Positions 1-9,604 are shown, counted from the first letter of the stretch. The stretch: 54,051 bases of DNA from Clostridia bacterium (GCA_045533905.1 JAZSIR010000014.1:1-54051), one strand, 5' to 3'. Notes: generated by a model from the letters alone, not told the origin. Numbers and translations: made by a program.

Positions 1-411
<411 letters not shown>

Positions 412-533
412 AATTAATTTATTGAGCTTTCTCTAAGCTCTTATTTACTATTTTGTACTGGCTTGTACTTACCTGTCTGATTCGACAGGTTTTTGTTTAC
501 TCAAAAATTTCTTCTTGAGCCCTTTTACGCTAT

Positions 534-549
534 CTAATTTTCAAAGTCC
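534..549 (-). promoter_or_regulatory. rrn leader boxA-like antitermination element
   Basis: Minus strand GGACTTTGAAAATTAG just downstream of P2, resembling the Firmicute boxA. Confidence 0.6.
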
Positions 550-574
550 GGCGCCGCATCCGCGGCGGATTTTT

Positions 575-603
575 ATTGTATCACGGCTATCGGTTTTTGT
601 CAA
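575..603 (-). promoter_or_regulatory. rrn P2 sigmaA promoter
   Basis: TTGACA-17 bp-TACAAT with extended TG. Confidence 0.85.
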
Positions 604-649
604 GACTTTTTTCAAAATTCTCGACGCCGCCAATCGCGACAGCTTTAAT

Positions 650-678
650 AGTTTACCACGCGCAAAAGAAAATGTCAA
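650..678 (-). promoter_or_regulatory. rrn P1 sigmaA promoter
   Basis: TTGACA-17 bp-TAAACT with extended TG; A/T tracts (UP-element-like) upstream. Confidence 0.85.
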
Positions 679-769
679 GCATTTTTCAAAAAAAATTCAA
701 AACTTTTTTCAAAGCACCGTTTTTATGCGATTTTTCGACGTTTTGTGCGCTTTGTTTTTCTCGTTTTTC

Positions 770-798
770 TTGACTTTTTGCTTTTACACCTATATAAT
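770..798 (+). promoter_or_regulatory. sigmaA promoter of the deacetylase gene
   Basis: TTGACT-17 bp-TATAAT. Confidence 0.75.
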
Positions 799-827
799 AT
801 GCGTAACATATGCAAGGAGTGATTCTT

Positions 828-1640
828 ATGCTATACAATCGTTTCCCCGAAGGGAAAACAAAATGTTTTACGCTCAGCTACGATGATGCCAACTACGCCG
901 ACCGCCGCATGATTGAAATTGCAGACAAGTACGGCGTGCGCGTTACCTTTCATTTAAACAGTGCACTCCTCGGTGTTCCAAACCGCGTTCCGAAGGAAGA
1001 AGTGCCCCATCTTTACAAAAACCACGAAGTCTCCATGCACACCGCCACGCACCCGCGCCTTACTTCCATGCCGCTGCCGCTCGCCCTTCAAAATATTGCA
1101 GATGACCGCGCGGCGCTGGAAGCGATTACCGGGAAAATTATCCGCGGCATGTCGTATCCTTTTGGCCCGTATAACGATGATATTTTACATATGTTAAAGA
1201 GCGTGGGCGTTTGCTACTCGCGCACCATCAAATCCACACACAAGTATCTTTGGCCGGAAAACTTCCGCGCGTGGGACCCGACGTGCCACCACAGCGAAAA
1301 TGCGCTCGAGCATGTGAAGCGCTTTATGGAAACCACGAGCCACGGCGACCTTTTGTACATCTGGGGGCACAGCTACGAATTTAATGAAAATGATAACTGG
1401 GACCTTTTCGAGGAAATTTGCCGCACAGTTACAACCGATGCCGGCGAGAAACCCGAACAAAAGTCGGACACCGTTTGGCTTGCCACCAACATTGAAATTT
1501 ACGATTACATCACGGCTGTTCGTCGCCTCATTGTTTCCATGGACGGTAAAACCGTGTATAACCCTTCTTGCCTAGACGTATGGGTAGAAGAAAAGAAGGA
1601 GCCCATCAAAATCCCTGCAGGCGCAACGGTTCGCCTTTAA
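828..1640 (+). CDS. Polysaccharide deacetylase (NodB/CE4 family)
   Basis: TLSYDD, HTATHP, SYPFG and WGHSYEF motifs; AAGGAG RBS before ATG 828. Confidence 0.9.
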   Translation: MLYNRFPEGKTKCFTLSYDDANYADRRMIEIADKYGVRVTFHLNSALLGVPNRVPKEEVPHLYKNHEVSMHTATHPRLTSMPLPLALQNIADDRAALEAITGKIIRGMSYPFGPYNDDILHMLKSVGVCYSRTIKSTHKYLWPENFRAWDPTCHHSENALEHVKRFMETTSHGDLLYIWGHSYEFNENDNWDLFEEICRTVTTDAGEKPEQKSDTVWLATNIEIYDYITAVRRLIVSMDGKTVYNPSCLDVWVEEKKEPIKIPAGATVRL

Positions 1641-1651
1641 TTCGCCTTTCG

Positions 1652-1690
1652 AAAGAGACTGTAAAAAACTAGTTTTTTTACAGTCTCTTT
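1652..1690. terminator. Bidirectional hairpin terminator with MITE-end-like arms
   Basis: AAAGAGACTGTAAAAAA / TTTTTTACAGTCTCTTT inverted repeat between convergent genes. Confidence 0.75.
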
Positions 1691-1701
1691 TGTGGTTTTT
1701 T

Positions 1702-1946
1702 AGGGAATAGGAAAAAAAGAGGCAGAACGCGGCAAACTTTGCCCGTGCCTTGGCACGGGGAAACCCGACGGCGTACAGGCGTACGCCGAGCGGCAAAGTT
1801 TTCGCATAGCAAAAAGGCTTAAAAAGAAGGAAAATCAAATGAAATGAGATTTTTCAACATTTAAGTGAGATTTAACGAAAGGCCACAAATTCTATATCCC
1901 CTACTTTAATTGCCTTTTTGCGGTCTGGACTTTTTTTACATTCCCT
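1702..1946. mobile_element. MITE-like non-coding element, copy 1
   Basis: Imperfect terminal inverted repeats AGGGAATAGGAAAAAA / TTTTTTTACATTCCCT and an internal branched hairpin; shares an end with 6089-6340. Confidence 0.55.
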
Positions 1947-1948
1947 TT

Positions 1949-3304
1949 TTATGTTTCGAAGGTATAGTACACATCAACCACATCGTCCGTAATGACGATT
2001 TTGTCCACACAGCTTTTTATCACCTTTTTCTTCTCGCGCATGGAAAGATACGGCCAGCTATCGCGCACGGCGCTGATTTCCTCGCGCGTTTTTTGCCGCG
2101 CCGCTTCTTCTTTTTGCGTGTTTTCTTCTTCTTTTATGCGGTCTTCGAGTGCAGAAAGCGTTTTCTTTCGGTCGCGGATGGCAGAAAGCAGAAGTTCATC
2201 GCCGCTGTCGCCGTACAAATCATACAGCCTTCGAAGCTTCGTGCGTGCCGAAGAGAGCTGGCTTTTAAGAATTTCCAAAACGCTCTCGCCCTCCTCTTCG
2301 CCCTCTTCCCGCCGAACAGAAACGGAAAATAAATCTTCGAGCACAATTTCTTCGATTTCCCAAGCGCTATGGCGTTTATTATCACAATTTGGGTCGCGCA
2401 CAAGATGGCGTTTCGACTTATCGGCGGAGTAGCACACAATTTTGCAGTCCGTTTTGCCCCACTTCTGATACCGCATTTTCGCGCCGCACTTACCGCAAAC
2501 GAGTAGTCCCGTTAAAAGATAGCCCCCTCCGCTTATCGGGCGGCGCGCACGCTCTCGCATGGCCGCCATCGTCTTTTCGTATGTTTCAAGACTTATAATG
2601 GGCGTGTGTCTTCCTTTATACTCGACGCCGTTATACACAATATACCCCGCGTTCGTCTTCCGTTTTAAGATTTGCAGTGCCAGATGCTCATAGCGAAGAC
2701 CGAGGACTTGGGCGATTTTATCGGTGGAATAGCCTGCGAGGTACAAATCATACGCCCTTTTCACCGTTTCGGCATCCGCATTTGGCACGAGGATTCCCTT
2801 TTCGCGGTCATAATCGTATCCGAAGGGAATTTTGCCGCCACCGGGCCAGTAGCCGTTTTTCACGCGTTCCTGCATCCCCAGGCGCGTGCGTTCGCGTATC
2901 GTTTCACGCTCAAGCTGCGCGAAGGCGGACATAATGCCGAGCATAGCGCGCCCGATAGGCGTGGAGGTATCCATATTTTCGTTCATCGAAATGAACGTGA
3001 CGCCCTCGGGGTTAAAAACATCTTCTATTAAATAGAGCGTGTCTTTTTGCGAACGGGAGAGACGGTCAAGCTTATAGACGATGACGTGCGAAATTTTCCC
3101 GTTTTGCACATCCTCGATAAGGCGGCGCATCGCAGGACGGTCAATATTACTGCCCGTGTAGCCGCCGTCAATATACAGCTCCCGTTCCGGAATTTCGCGC
3201 GCCGTGCAAAACGCCGAAAGAAGCTCCTTCTGTGCCTCAATGGAATACCCTTCATCCCTTTGCCCTTCCGTGGAAACACGGATATAAAGTGCCGCACGCT
3301 TCAT
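1949..3304 (-). CDS. Large serine recombinase (resolvase + recombinase + Zn-ribbon + coiled coil; SpoIVCA/integrase-like)
   Basis: YIRVST catalytic Ser, DRLSRS, FAQLERETIRERT, PFGY, CGKCG...C...C. Confidence 0.96.
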   Translation of the reverse strand: MKRAALYIRVSTEGQRDEGYSIEAQKELLSAFCTAREIPERELYIDGGYTGSNIDRPAMRRLIEDVQNGKISHVIVYKLDRLSRSQKDTLYLIEDVFNPEGVTFISMNENMDTSTPIGRAMLGIMSAFAQLERETIRERTRLGMQERVKNGYWPGGGKIPFGYDYDREKGILVPNADAETVKRAYDLYLAGYSTDKIAQVLGLRYEHLALQILKRKTNAGYIVYNGVEYKGRHTPIISLETYEKTMAAMRERARRPISGGGYLLTGLLVCGKCGAKMRYQKWGKTDCKIVCYSADKSKRHLVRDPNCDNKRHSAWEIEEIVLEDLFSVSVRREEGEEEGESVLEILKSQLSSARTKLRRLYDLYGDSGDELLLSAIRDRKKTLSALEDRIKEEENTQKEEAARQKTREEISAVRDSWPYLSMREKKKVIKSCVDKIVITDDVVDVYYTFET

Positions 3305-3432
3305 TATGCCTCTTCTTCGCTCGCACGACGGCGACTGTCGGCCGCGGCAACCGCCTCGCGAATGGCCTCGTTTTCTACAAGAGGCGGTATGGTTTTTATC
3401 TTTTCGCCGTTAACATAGCGGTTAATACGCAT
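3304..3432 (-). CDS. 42-aa small protein coupled to the recombinase (not in ORF track)
   Basis: MRINRYVNGEKIKTIPPLVENEAIREAVAAADSRRRASEEEA; GAAAGGAG RBS; its TAA overlaps the recombinase ATG (TAATG). Confidence 0.75.
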   Translation of the reverse strand: MRINRYVNGEKIKTIPPLVENEAIREAVAAADSRRRASEEEA

Positions 3433-3452
3433 ACAGTCACTCCTTTCCTTTC

Positions 3453-3482
3453 CAGTATTCCCCCAAACAGGAAAAAGAATAC
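3453..3482 (-). promoter_or_regulatory. sigF-type (forespore) promoter of the small ORF-recombinase operon
   Basis: GTATT-15 bp-GGGAATACTG versus sigF consensus GYATA-N15-GGnnAnAnTR. Confidence 0.7.
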
Positions 3483-3515
3483 ATGGAAATTATCGCAAAA
3501 AACGGCGATAAATGG

Positions 3516-3545
3516 TTGACACGAAGCCTTCCTTTGTGATACAAT
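3516..3545 (+). promoter_or_regulatory. sigmaA promoter of gnd
   Basis: TTGACA-18 bp-TACAAT with extended TG. Confidence 0.75.
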
Positions 3546-3584
3546 GTCTACAAATATATATTACACAGAAGGGATGATTTTCCT

Positions 3585-5036
3585 ATGAAAAAAGCAGACA
3601 TCGGTCTCGTCGGTCTTGCCGTTATGGGCGAAAACCTCGTTATGAACATGGAAAGCAAGGGTTTCACCGTTGCGGTATATAACCGTACAGCAGACAAGGT
3701 AAAGAACTTTGTAGAAGGCAGAGCTGCCGGCAAGAACATTATCGGCACCTACTCTCTCGAAGAACTCGCCGCAAATTTAGAAAAGCCCCGCAAGGTTATG
3801 CTTATGGTTAAAGCCGGCCAGGCTGTTGACAATATTATCGAACAGCTTCTCGAGCACCTCGAAGAAGGCGATATTATTATCGACGGCGGTAACTCCCACT
3901 TCCCGGATACCATTCGTCGTGCAGAATACGTAGAAAGCCGCGGTCTTCTCTATGTAGGCACAGGCGTTTCCGGCGGTGAAGAAGGCGCTTTAAAAGGCCC
4001 GAGCATGATGCCCGGCGGCTCTCCGGCAGCTTGGGAATATGTAAAGCCGATTTTCCAGGGCATTTGTGCTAAAGTGGAAGACGGCACACCCTGCTGCGAC
4101 TGGGTTGGCGAAGGCGGCGCAGGCCACTTTGTAAAGATGGTACACAACGGCATTGAGTACGGCGATATGCAGCTCATCTGCGAAGCTTACCACTTAATGC
4201 GTGATTATCTCGGCATGACGCCCGACGAAATGCACGAAGTTTTCGCAGAATGGAACGAAGCTGAGCTCGATAGCTACCTCATCGAAATCACACGCGACAT
4301 TCTCGCATTCAAGGATACAGACGGCGCTCCCATTGTAGATAAGATTTTGGACACGGCAGGCCAGAAGGGCACCGGCAAGTGGACCGGCATTGCCGCACTT
4401 GACGAAGGTGTACCGCTTACCCTTATCGGTGAAGCTGTATTCTCTCGTTGCCTCTCCGCAATTAAGGACGAACGCGTAGCCGCATCCAAGGTTCTCACCG
4501 GTCCTACTCCGAAATTCGAAGGCGACAAGAAAGCATTTATTGACGATATCAGAAAGGCTCTCTTTGCTGCAAAGATTGTTTCCTACGCACAGGGTTACAC
4601 CTTAATGCGTGCCGCTGCAAAGACATACGGCTGGAACCTCAACTACGGCGGCATCGCTCTTATGTGGCGCGGTGGCTGCATTATCCGCAGCGTATTCCTT
4701 GGCAAAATCAAGGAAGCCTTTGATAAGAACCCGGCTCTTACAAACCTCCTCCTCGATCCCTACTTCAAGGAAATCATCGACGGGGCACAGGCCGGTTGGC
4801 GTCGCGTTTGCGCAGCTGCTATGACGAACGGTATTCCGGTACCGGCTATGAGCACGGCACTTTCCTACTACGATGGTTACCGCTGCGAAAAGCTTCCGGC
4901 AAACCTTCTCCAGGCACAGCGTGACTACTTCGGTGCACACACCTACGAACGCCTTGACAAGGAAAGAGGCGAGTTCTTCCACACCAACTGGACAGGACAC
5001 GGCGGCAGCACTTCCGCATCCACATACACCGCATAA
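3585..5036 (+). CDS. gndA: 6-phosphogluconate dehydrogenase, NADP-dependent, decarboxylating
   Basis: GLAVMGENL, GVSGGEEGA, KMVHNGIEYGDMQ, QAQRDYFGAHTY. Confidence 0.98.
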   Translation: MKKADIGLVGLAVMGENLVMNMESKGFTVAVYNRTADKVKNFVEGRAAGKNIIGTYSLEELAANLEKPRKVMLMVKAGQAVDNIIEQLLEHLEEGDIIIDGGNSHFPDTIRRAEYVESRGLLYVGTGVSGGEEGALKGPSMMPGGSPAAWEYVKPIFQGICAKVEDGTPCCDWVGEGGAGHFVKMVHNGIEYGDMQLICEAYHLMRDYLGMTPDEMHEVFAEWNEAELDSYLIEITRDILAFKDTDGAPIVDKILDTAGQKGTGKWTGIAALDEGVPLTLIGEAVFSRCLSAIKDERVAASKVLTGPTPKFEGDKKAFIDDIRKALFAAKIVSYAQGYTLMRAAAKTYGWNLNYGGIALMWRGGCIIRSVFLGKIKEAFDKNPALTNLLLDPYFKEIIDGAQAGWRRVCAAAMTNGIPVPAMSTALSYYDGYRCEKLPANLLQAQRDYFGAHTYERLDKERGEFFHTNWTGHGGSTSASTYTA

Positions 5037-5056
5037 ACAAAATGCTATAAAGAAAG

Positions 5057-5092
5057 GCACAGAGCGGGGGCATGCCCCCCTCTGTGCATTTT
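5057..5092 (+). terminator. Hairpin after gnd
   Basis: GCACAGAG..GGGGG CATG CCCCC..CTCTGTGC followed by ATTTT. Confidence 0.6.
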
Positions 5093-5097
5093 AAATT

Positions 5098-6090
5098 ATG
5101 AGCTATCAAACCTTAAAAGAACAACTGAAAACAGGTGACCTTTCCCCCGTCTTTCATTTTTACGGTGAGGAAAGGTATTTAAAAAGCCACTACACGGGTC
5201 TTTTAAAGGCAAAGCTTGTGGACGAGGCGATGGAGACCTTCAACTACACTGTGTTTGAAGGTGCTACGAGCGCCGAAACGATTATGACCGCCATCGGCAC
5301 ACCGCCGATGATGGCAGAAAAAAAGCTGGTTGTTTTAAAGGATACGGGGATTTTTACGCTAAACGTCGCAGGGAAAGCGCAGTTTGCCGAGATGTTTGAG
5401 GACTTTCCTTCCTATGTGCATCTTGTGGCCGTGGAGAATAAGTTCGATAAACGAAGTGCGGCTTTTAAGGCTTTTTCAAAGATAGGGCTTTCGGTGGAAT
5501 TTGCGTATCGGTCGCGCGCAGACCTTCGCGCGTGGGTGGTAAAGCTTTTAAAGCAAAACGCAAAAACGATGCGGCAAGACACGCTCGACACGTTTTTGGA
5601 CGCGGCAGGTGTACAGATGCACGGCGTTTTGAGTCATCTTGAAAAGCTCATTGCCCATGCAGGCACGCGCCCCGAAATTACGAAAGACGATGTGGAAAAG
5701 CTTCTTGTGCGCACGCTTTTGACAAAAGAGTATGTACTGACCGACGCGCTCCTCGCGCAAAACCGTGAGGCGGCCTTCTCTGCCCTTTCTGACCTTTGGG
5801 AGATGCAGACGGAGCCGATCCGTATTCTTTCGATTATTGCTTCAAACTTTATGTCCACCGCGCACGCCCGTGCGCTTCTTGACGATAAGGTGCCCTATCC
5901 CCAAATTGTGGATGCGCTTCGGATGCCATCGGCGTTTTTAGCGAAGAAAACGGTGGAAGCAGCCTCTCGTACTACGAGTGCGCGGCTCGCCACCGCCATC
6001 TCGAAGATACAGGAGATGGACTATAAAATGAAGCTTGGTATGGTGGAGCCGAAAACGGGAATTACGCTACTGTGCGCCTCTCTTTTATAG
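5098..6090 (+). CDS. holA: DNA polymerase III delta subunit
   Basis: FYGEERYL, FNYTVFEG, PMMAEKKLVVLK, LEKL, DYKMKLG; typical length. Confidence 0.92.
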   Translation: MSYQTLKEQLKTGDLSPVFHFYGEERYLKSHYTGLLKAKLVDEAMETFNYTVFEGATSAETIMTAIGTPPMMAEKKLVVLKDTGIFTLNVAGKAQFAEMFEDFPSYVHLVAVENKFDKRSAAFKAFSKIGLSVEFAYRSRADLRAWVVKLLKQNAKTMRQDTLDTFLDAAGVQMHGVLSHLEKLIAHAGTRPEITKDDVEKLLVRTLLTKEYVLTDALLAQNREAAFSALSDLWEMQTEPIRILSIIASNFMSTAHARALLDDKVPYPQIVDALRMPSAFLAKKTVEAASRTTSARLATAISKIQEMDYKMKLGMVEPKTGITLLCASLL

Positions 6091-6340
6091 GGAATGTAAA
6101 AAAGTCCCGTAAAGCCTTTATCGACACGCTGATGAAGGCTTCGAAAAACGAAGGTATATTTTGCGAAATCGTTTTCGTCGGCGTACGAGGGTACGGCAGA
6201 GAACGATTTCGTAAAAAGCAAGAAAAACCGGGGATTCTCGATGAATCTCCGGTTTCAAAATGCAAAATTTGAAAAAACAAATGCGGAATAAAGCGTTTAT
6301 AAAAGGTATTCTTGCGATAGAGCAAGTTTTTCGATAGTCT
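6089..6340. mobile_element. MITE-like non-coding element, copy 2
   Basis: Starts AGGGAATGTAAAAAAGTCC (near-identical to the reverse complement of 1927-1946), ends TTTTTCGATAGTCT, internal TCGGCGTACG hairpin. Confidence 0.5.
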
Positions 6341-6349
6341 TCAGCGACC

Positions 6350-6901
6350 TCATCGAATGAGGTCGCTGTTTTCTTTTACTGCAAAGTGCTCAAAATATCG
6401 GTTTTCCATGGGAATCCAGCGCGTGAAAAACATTTCGGCTTTTTCACCGCTACGCGCGCGAATCCGTGCCGCCTGCTCTTCCTTTGAAATCTCAAGGAAA
6501 ATGCGAAGGTCATAGATATCGCCAAAAAACGGGTGCGCGCTATATACGCCTTCTATGATGTGAAGCCTTTCGGGTTTCACACTTTTTTGTTTTGTGATTT
6601 CACCCTGCGCGCAATCAAAAACGCCGTACGAAAAGGGTGCGCCCGAGAAAATCCCGTCTATGACTTCTGCGCGAAAGCGCTCGTAATGCACATTGCCGCC
6701 GGGGGCAGAAAGTCTTTCCTTTGTGCGAAGCGAAAGGGGTAGAAAAAAGTCGTCCATATGATGTACGATGCCGCCAAGCCTTTCGGAAAGCTGTGCGGCA
6801 AGCGTGGTTTTGCCGCTTCCGGCGCCGCCCTCGATGGAAATGACAACAGGGCGTTTTTCCCCTTTTAAAAGGGTTTCGATTCTTTCTACGATTTTTTCCA
6901 T
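6350..6901 (-). CDS. Uridine kinase/phosphoribulokinase-like P-loop kinase
   Basis: GGAGSGKTT, HMDDFF, IIEGVYS, RWIPMENRYF; start moved to MEKIVER. Confidence 0.85.
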   Translation of the reverse strand: MEKIVERIETLLKGEKRPVVISIEGGAGSGKTTLAAQLSERLGGIVHHMDDFFLPLSLRTKERLSAPGGNVHYERFRAEVIDGIFSGAPFSYGVFDCAQGEITKQKSVKPERLHIIEGVYSAHPFFGDIYDLRIFLEISKEEQAARIRARSGEKAEMFFTRWIPMENRYFEHFAVKENSDLIR

Positions 6902-6902
6902 A

Positions 6903-7478
6903 TTACTTTTCGAGGAAATAGGTGGCTTCCATATCGGCCGTGGAAAGCGCAAACGCAAGCGGGAACCGCTGAAACGCTTCGCCGACGTTTCGAGCATCCT
7001 CCGTACCCGCAAACCCCATATGATAGCGGATAGCAAAGGCTTCCTCACGCGTAAGACGCATAAAGCCTGTGATGATATACACCGATTTTTCACCGTGACC
7101 GTAGGGCAAATCGTCACTATACTCGAAAGTAGGCACCGTTTTCCAGACGCCGTTTTCTTTTACGTTGCGCGTGCCGGGTTTGTAGCAATTGACCTTGCAA
7201 AGGTCATGCAAAAGTGCAGCGATAGCGATGCTTTCTTCCGAAACCTCCACCCCATACGTCTCGCGTACGCGCTCGCGCGATAGATAAGCTGTGAGGCAAT
7301 GGTACACATTTACGCTGTGCTCCACAAGACCTCCTGCATACGCACCGTGAAAACGCGTGGAGGCAGGCGCATCGAAAAAGTCGCTCGACGGGGACTCGAG
7401 GTATTCAAGGAGCTTATCTGCGCCTTCCCTCTTAATATTTGCTTTATAAATTTCGATAAATTCTTCTCTTTTACGCAT
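6903..7478 (-). CDS. HD-domain hydrolase
   Basis: APASTRFHG, GGLVEHS, ALLHDLCK, GHGEKS, IRYHMG. Confidence 0.9.
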   Translation of the reverse strand: MRKREEFIEIYKANIKREGADKLLEYLESPSSDFFDAPASTRFHGAYAGGLVEHSVNVYHCLTAYLSRERVRETYGVEVSEESIAIAALLHDLCKVNCYKPGTRNVKENGVWKTVPTFEYSDDLPYGHGEKSVYIITGFMRLTREEAFAIRYHMGFAGTEDARNVGEAFQRFPLAFALSTADMEATYFLEK

Positions 7479-7488
7479 AGTATTCTCC

Positions 7489-8157
7489 TTATAAGGCTTC
7501 GAGGAAATCCCGAAGCTTTTTTGCTATGATTTTGTGCCCTTCTTCGTTTGGGTGAAGTCCATCGGGCATGTACTTTTCGCGTACTTCTTCCGTGTACGGC
7601 TCGATGCCGCTTTCATTGTATAAATCCAGCACGGGAATCGCATACAGTGCCGTAACCTCGCGAAGAATTTCTATGTAATCGGTAAGCTTCCGTTTGCCCT
7701 CAATGCGGTCATTTTGTGCAAGTCTCTCTTCATCCGCACGGCGAAGGGGGAGCAGGAACACAATCGGTTTTTGGGGGTATTTCTTTTGCAGTCCGCGAAT
7801 GAGAGAATGGCAGGCGCCGTAAAACGTTTCGGGCATTCTGTCATCTTTGTGACCGATGGAAGCGTCGCCATGCCCATAATCGTTTGTGCCGCCAAAGACC
7901 ACAACCACATCGGCATCGTCGTCCATTTCTGAAAACCGCTCGCAAAACGAACGACCGTCCTCTCTCGGATCCCACTTTCTTTGGGGCGTCCCCGTCTGGA
8001 GTGCGAGGCGTGTGCCGCTTATCCCATAGTTTCGCGCCGCCGCGAGCTTTGCTTCTTTTTTAAGTAAAGCATGGTAGAGGCTATCGGGGCTCTCTACGCC
8101 TACGCCTTCTGTAATGCTATCTCCTAAAAAATTTACTTTTAAGCCTTCGAGTTTCAT
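7489..8157 (-). CDS. SGNH/GDSL esterase
   Basis: FLGDSITEG, GGTND, DGLHP. Confidence 0.92.
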   Translation of the reverse strand: MKLEGLKVNFLGDSITEGVGVESPDSLYHALLKKEAKLAAARNYGISGTRLALQTGTPQRKWDPREDGRSFCERFSEMDDDADVVVVFGGTNDYGHGDASIGHKDDRMPETFYGACHSLIRGLQKKYPQKPIVFLLPLRRADEERLAQNDRIEGKRKLTDYIEILREVTALYAIPVLDLYNESGIEPYTEEVREKYMPDGLHPNEEGHKIIAKKLRDFLEAL

Positions 8158-8167
8158 CGTTTTCTCC

Positions 8168-9592
8168 TTAATAATATGCCGGTGAAATGGGGCATCTTGT
8201 AATCTTGCCGAGTTTTTGGTTTACGGCAATAATATCGCCGTTTTCCGAAACCACGTCAAAATCGGAGTAGATATACGGCGAAATAAAGGTGATGCCCTCG
8301 CCGTCAAAGGTATGATACCCGTCATTTACAAGGGATATTTGTCCCGGGCCATAGTCATCGAGGTAATTTTCGGGTGCCCATTCGCATTTTAGGTAGAGCT
8401 TTCCATTCGCCTTGCCGAGAATCCGCATGGAATGATAATCGGCATACTGAATTTCGCGAAGCACACCGTCTTTCGAAAGCTTCCAAAGTTTTCGGTTGTA
8501 CTTATAGTGGCGCGAGATAGTAAGACCGTATTCTACCGTGTTAAAATAGATATCGTCACCGAGCGTCTGGACATTTTCTATTGTGGTGCATGCGCCAATC
8601 GGCTCCATACCGCGCGCCGTTTCCACGAAGGTATAGCGTTCACGCCTGCCCCAACTGGATTCGGTGCCGCGATTTTCCGTATATACGAAAACCTCAATGG
8701 CATGCAGCGGCGCATACGCGGTGGACGTGTCCGCTGAAACGTTGTAGCCTGCTGTGAGGACATTCTCCGGTTTTACAAAATCATCTGCCGCCTCTTTAAT
8801 ATAAATGCCCTCGAGTTTCTGTTCTTCATAGTAAACATAGCCGTCTCGAACGCTTACCTCTTCCCCAATATTTACAAGGGGCGAGCTTTCATCTTTCTCT
8901 TTCGGGATATAGTCCCAAATGGTTTTGGTTTCGCCTGTTTTATAGTCCACGCTTATATATTCCGTAACGGTTGTCATCTGCACGCTTCCGTCTTCCTGCG
9001 GAATCTCCGCAAAAGAGCGTTTTTCAAAGATAACGTCCGTCTCTCTTTGTTCTGCGAGAGATATATGCACCGAATAGGTTACGCCGACTTTCCCTGTGTT
9101 AATTCGAAAAACGCCGTTTTCAAAACTGAGCTTCCACCCGAAATTTTCGACGGCGTACTCCCACGTCATCGGAAAATACGTAACGCCGCGAAAGTTTAGA
9201 AGCGGATATTCCGCCGCCGCGTTCTCGACCTTTTTGCCGTTTACGTACATATTGTAGCCTGTGGGAAGCACGGCTATATTGTATTTTGTATTGGCGCAGG
9301 TTTCATATACGGGTAGCTCCGCCCCGTGAATGGGCGTGTATGCCACCATAAACGCTGTGCCGGGAAGCCACCCTGTAGTAAGGTTCATGGCTCTCGCGTA
9401 TTCATACGTCATGGGAAGATACGTTATCCCCTTATAATTTAAAAAAGGATACAGAGAGTCGGCTGTATAGACGAGCGAATCGTCTATTACAATTTGATAG
9501 TCCGGAATGGTAGCCGTGACCGTTTTCGCTTCTGCCGAGGCAGAAATTGAAAAAAGGATACAGACTGTCATGCATAAAAGTAGTTTTTTCAT
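8168..9592 (-). CDS. Secreted protein with copper-amine-oxidase-N-like repeats
   Basis: Signal peptide (..ASA-EA) and two YP.LN..G.TY.PMT repeats. Confidence 0.7.
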   Translation of the reverse strand: MKKLLLCMTVCILFSISASAEAKTVTATIPDYQIVIDDSLVYTADSLYPFLNYKGITYLPMTYEYARAMNLTTGWLPGTAFMVAYTPIHGAELPVYETCANTKYNIAVLPTGYNMYVNGKKVENAAAEYPLLNFRGVTYFPMTWEYAVENFGWKLSFENGVFRINTGKVGVTYSVHISLAEQRETDVIFEKRSFAEIPQEDGSVQMTTVTEYISVDYKTGETKTIWDYIPKEKDESSPLVNIGEEVSVRDGYVYYEEQKLEGIYIKEAADDFVKPENVLTAGYNVSADTSTAYAPLHAIEVFVYTENRGTESSWGRRERYTFVETARGMEPIGACTTIENVQTLGDDIYFNTVEYGLTISRHYKYNRKLWKLSKDGVLREIQYADYHSMRILGKANGKLYLKCEWAPENYLDDYGPGQISLVNDGYHTFDGEGITFISPYIYSDFDVVSENGDIIAVNQKLGKITRCPISPAYY

Positions 9593-9604
9593 AGAGTTTC
9601 TCCT

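Noticed and set aside
1851-1860. TTTTCAACAT near the recombinase matches one arm of the sigG att-like site
   Set aside because: There is no symmetric partner arm and no sigG 3' coding sequence next to it. It lies within the MITE-like element in AT-rich DNA, so chance is likely.
1640-3585. Prophage or ICE around the serine recombinase
   Set aside because: No phage, conjugation or replication genes, no flanking direct repeats seen and no compositional shift.
6902-7117. N-terminal extension of the uridine kinase-like ORF
   Set aside because: Overlaps the HD hydrolase gene; the domain starts at MEKIVER (6901).
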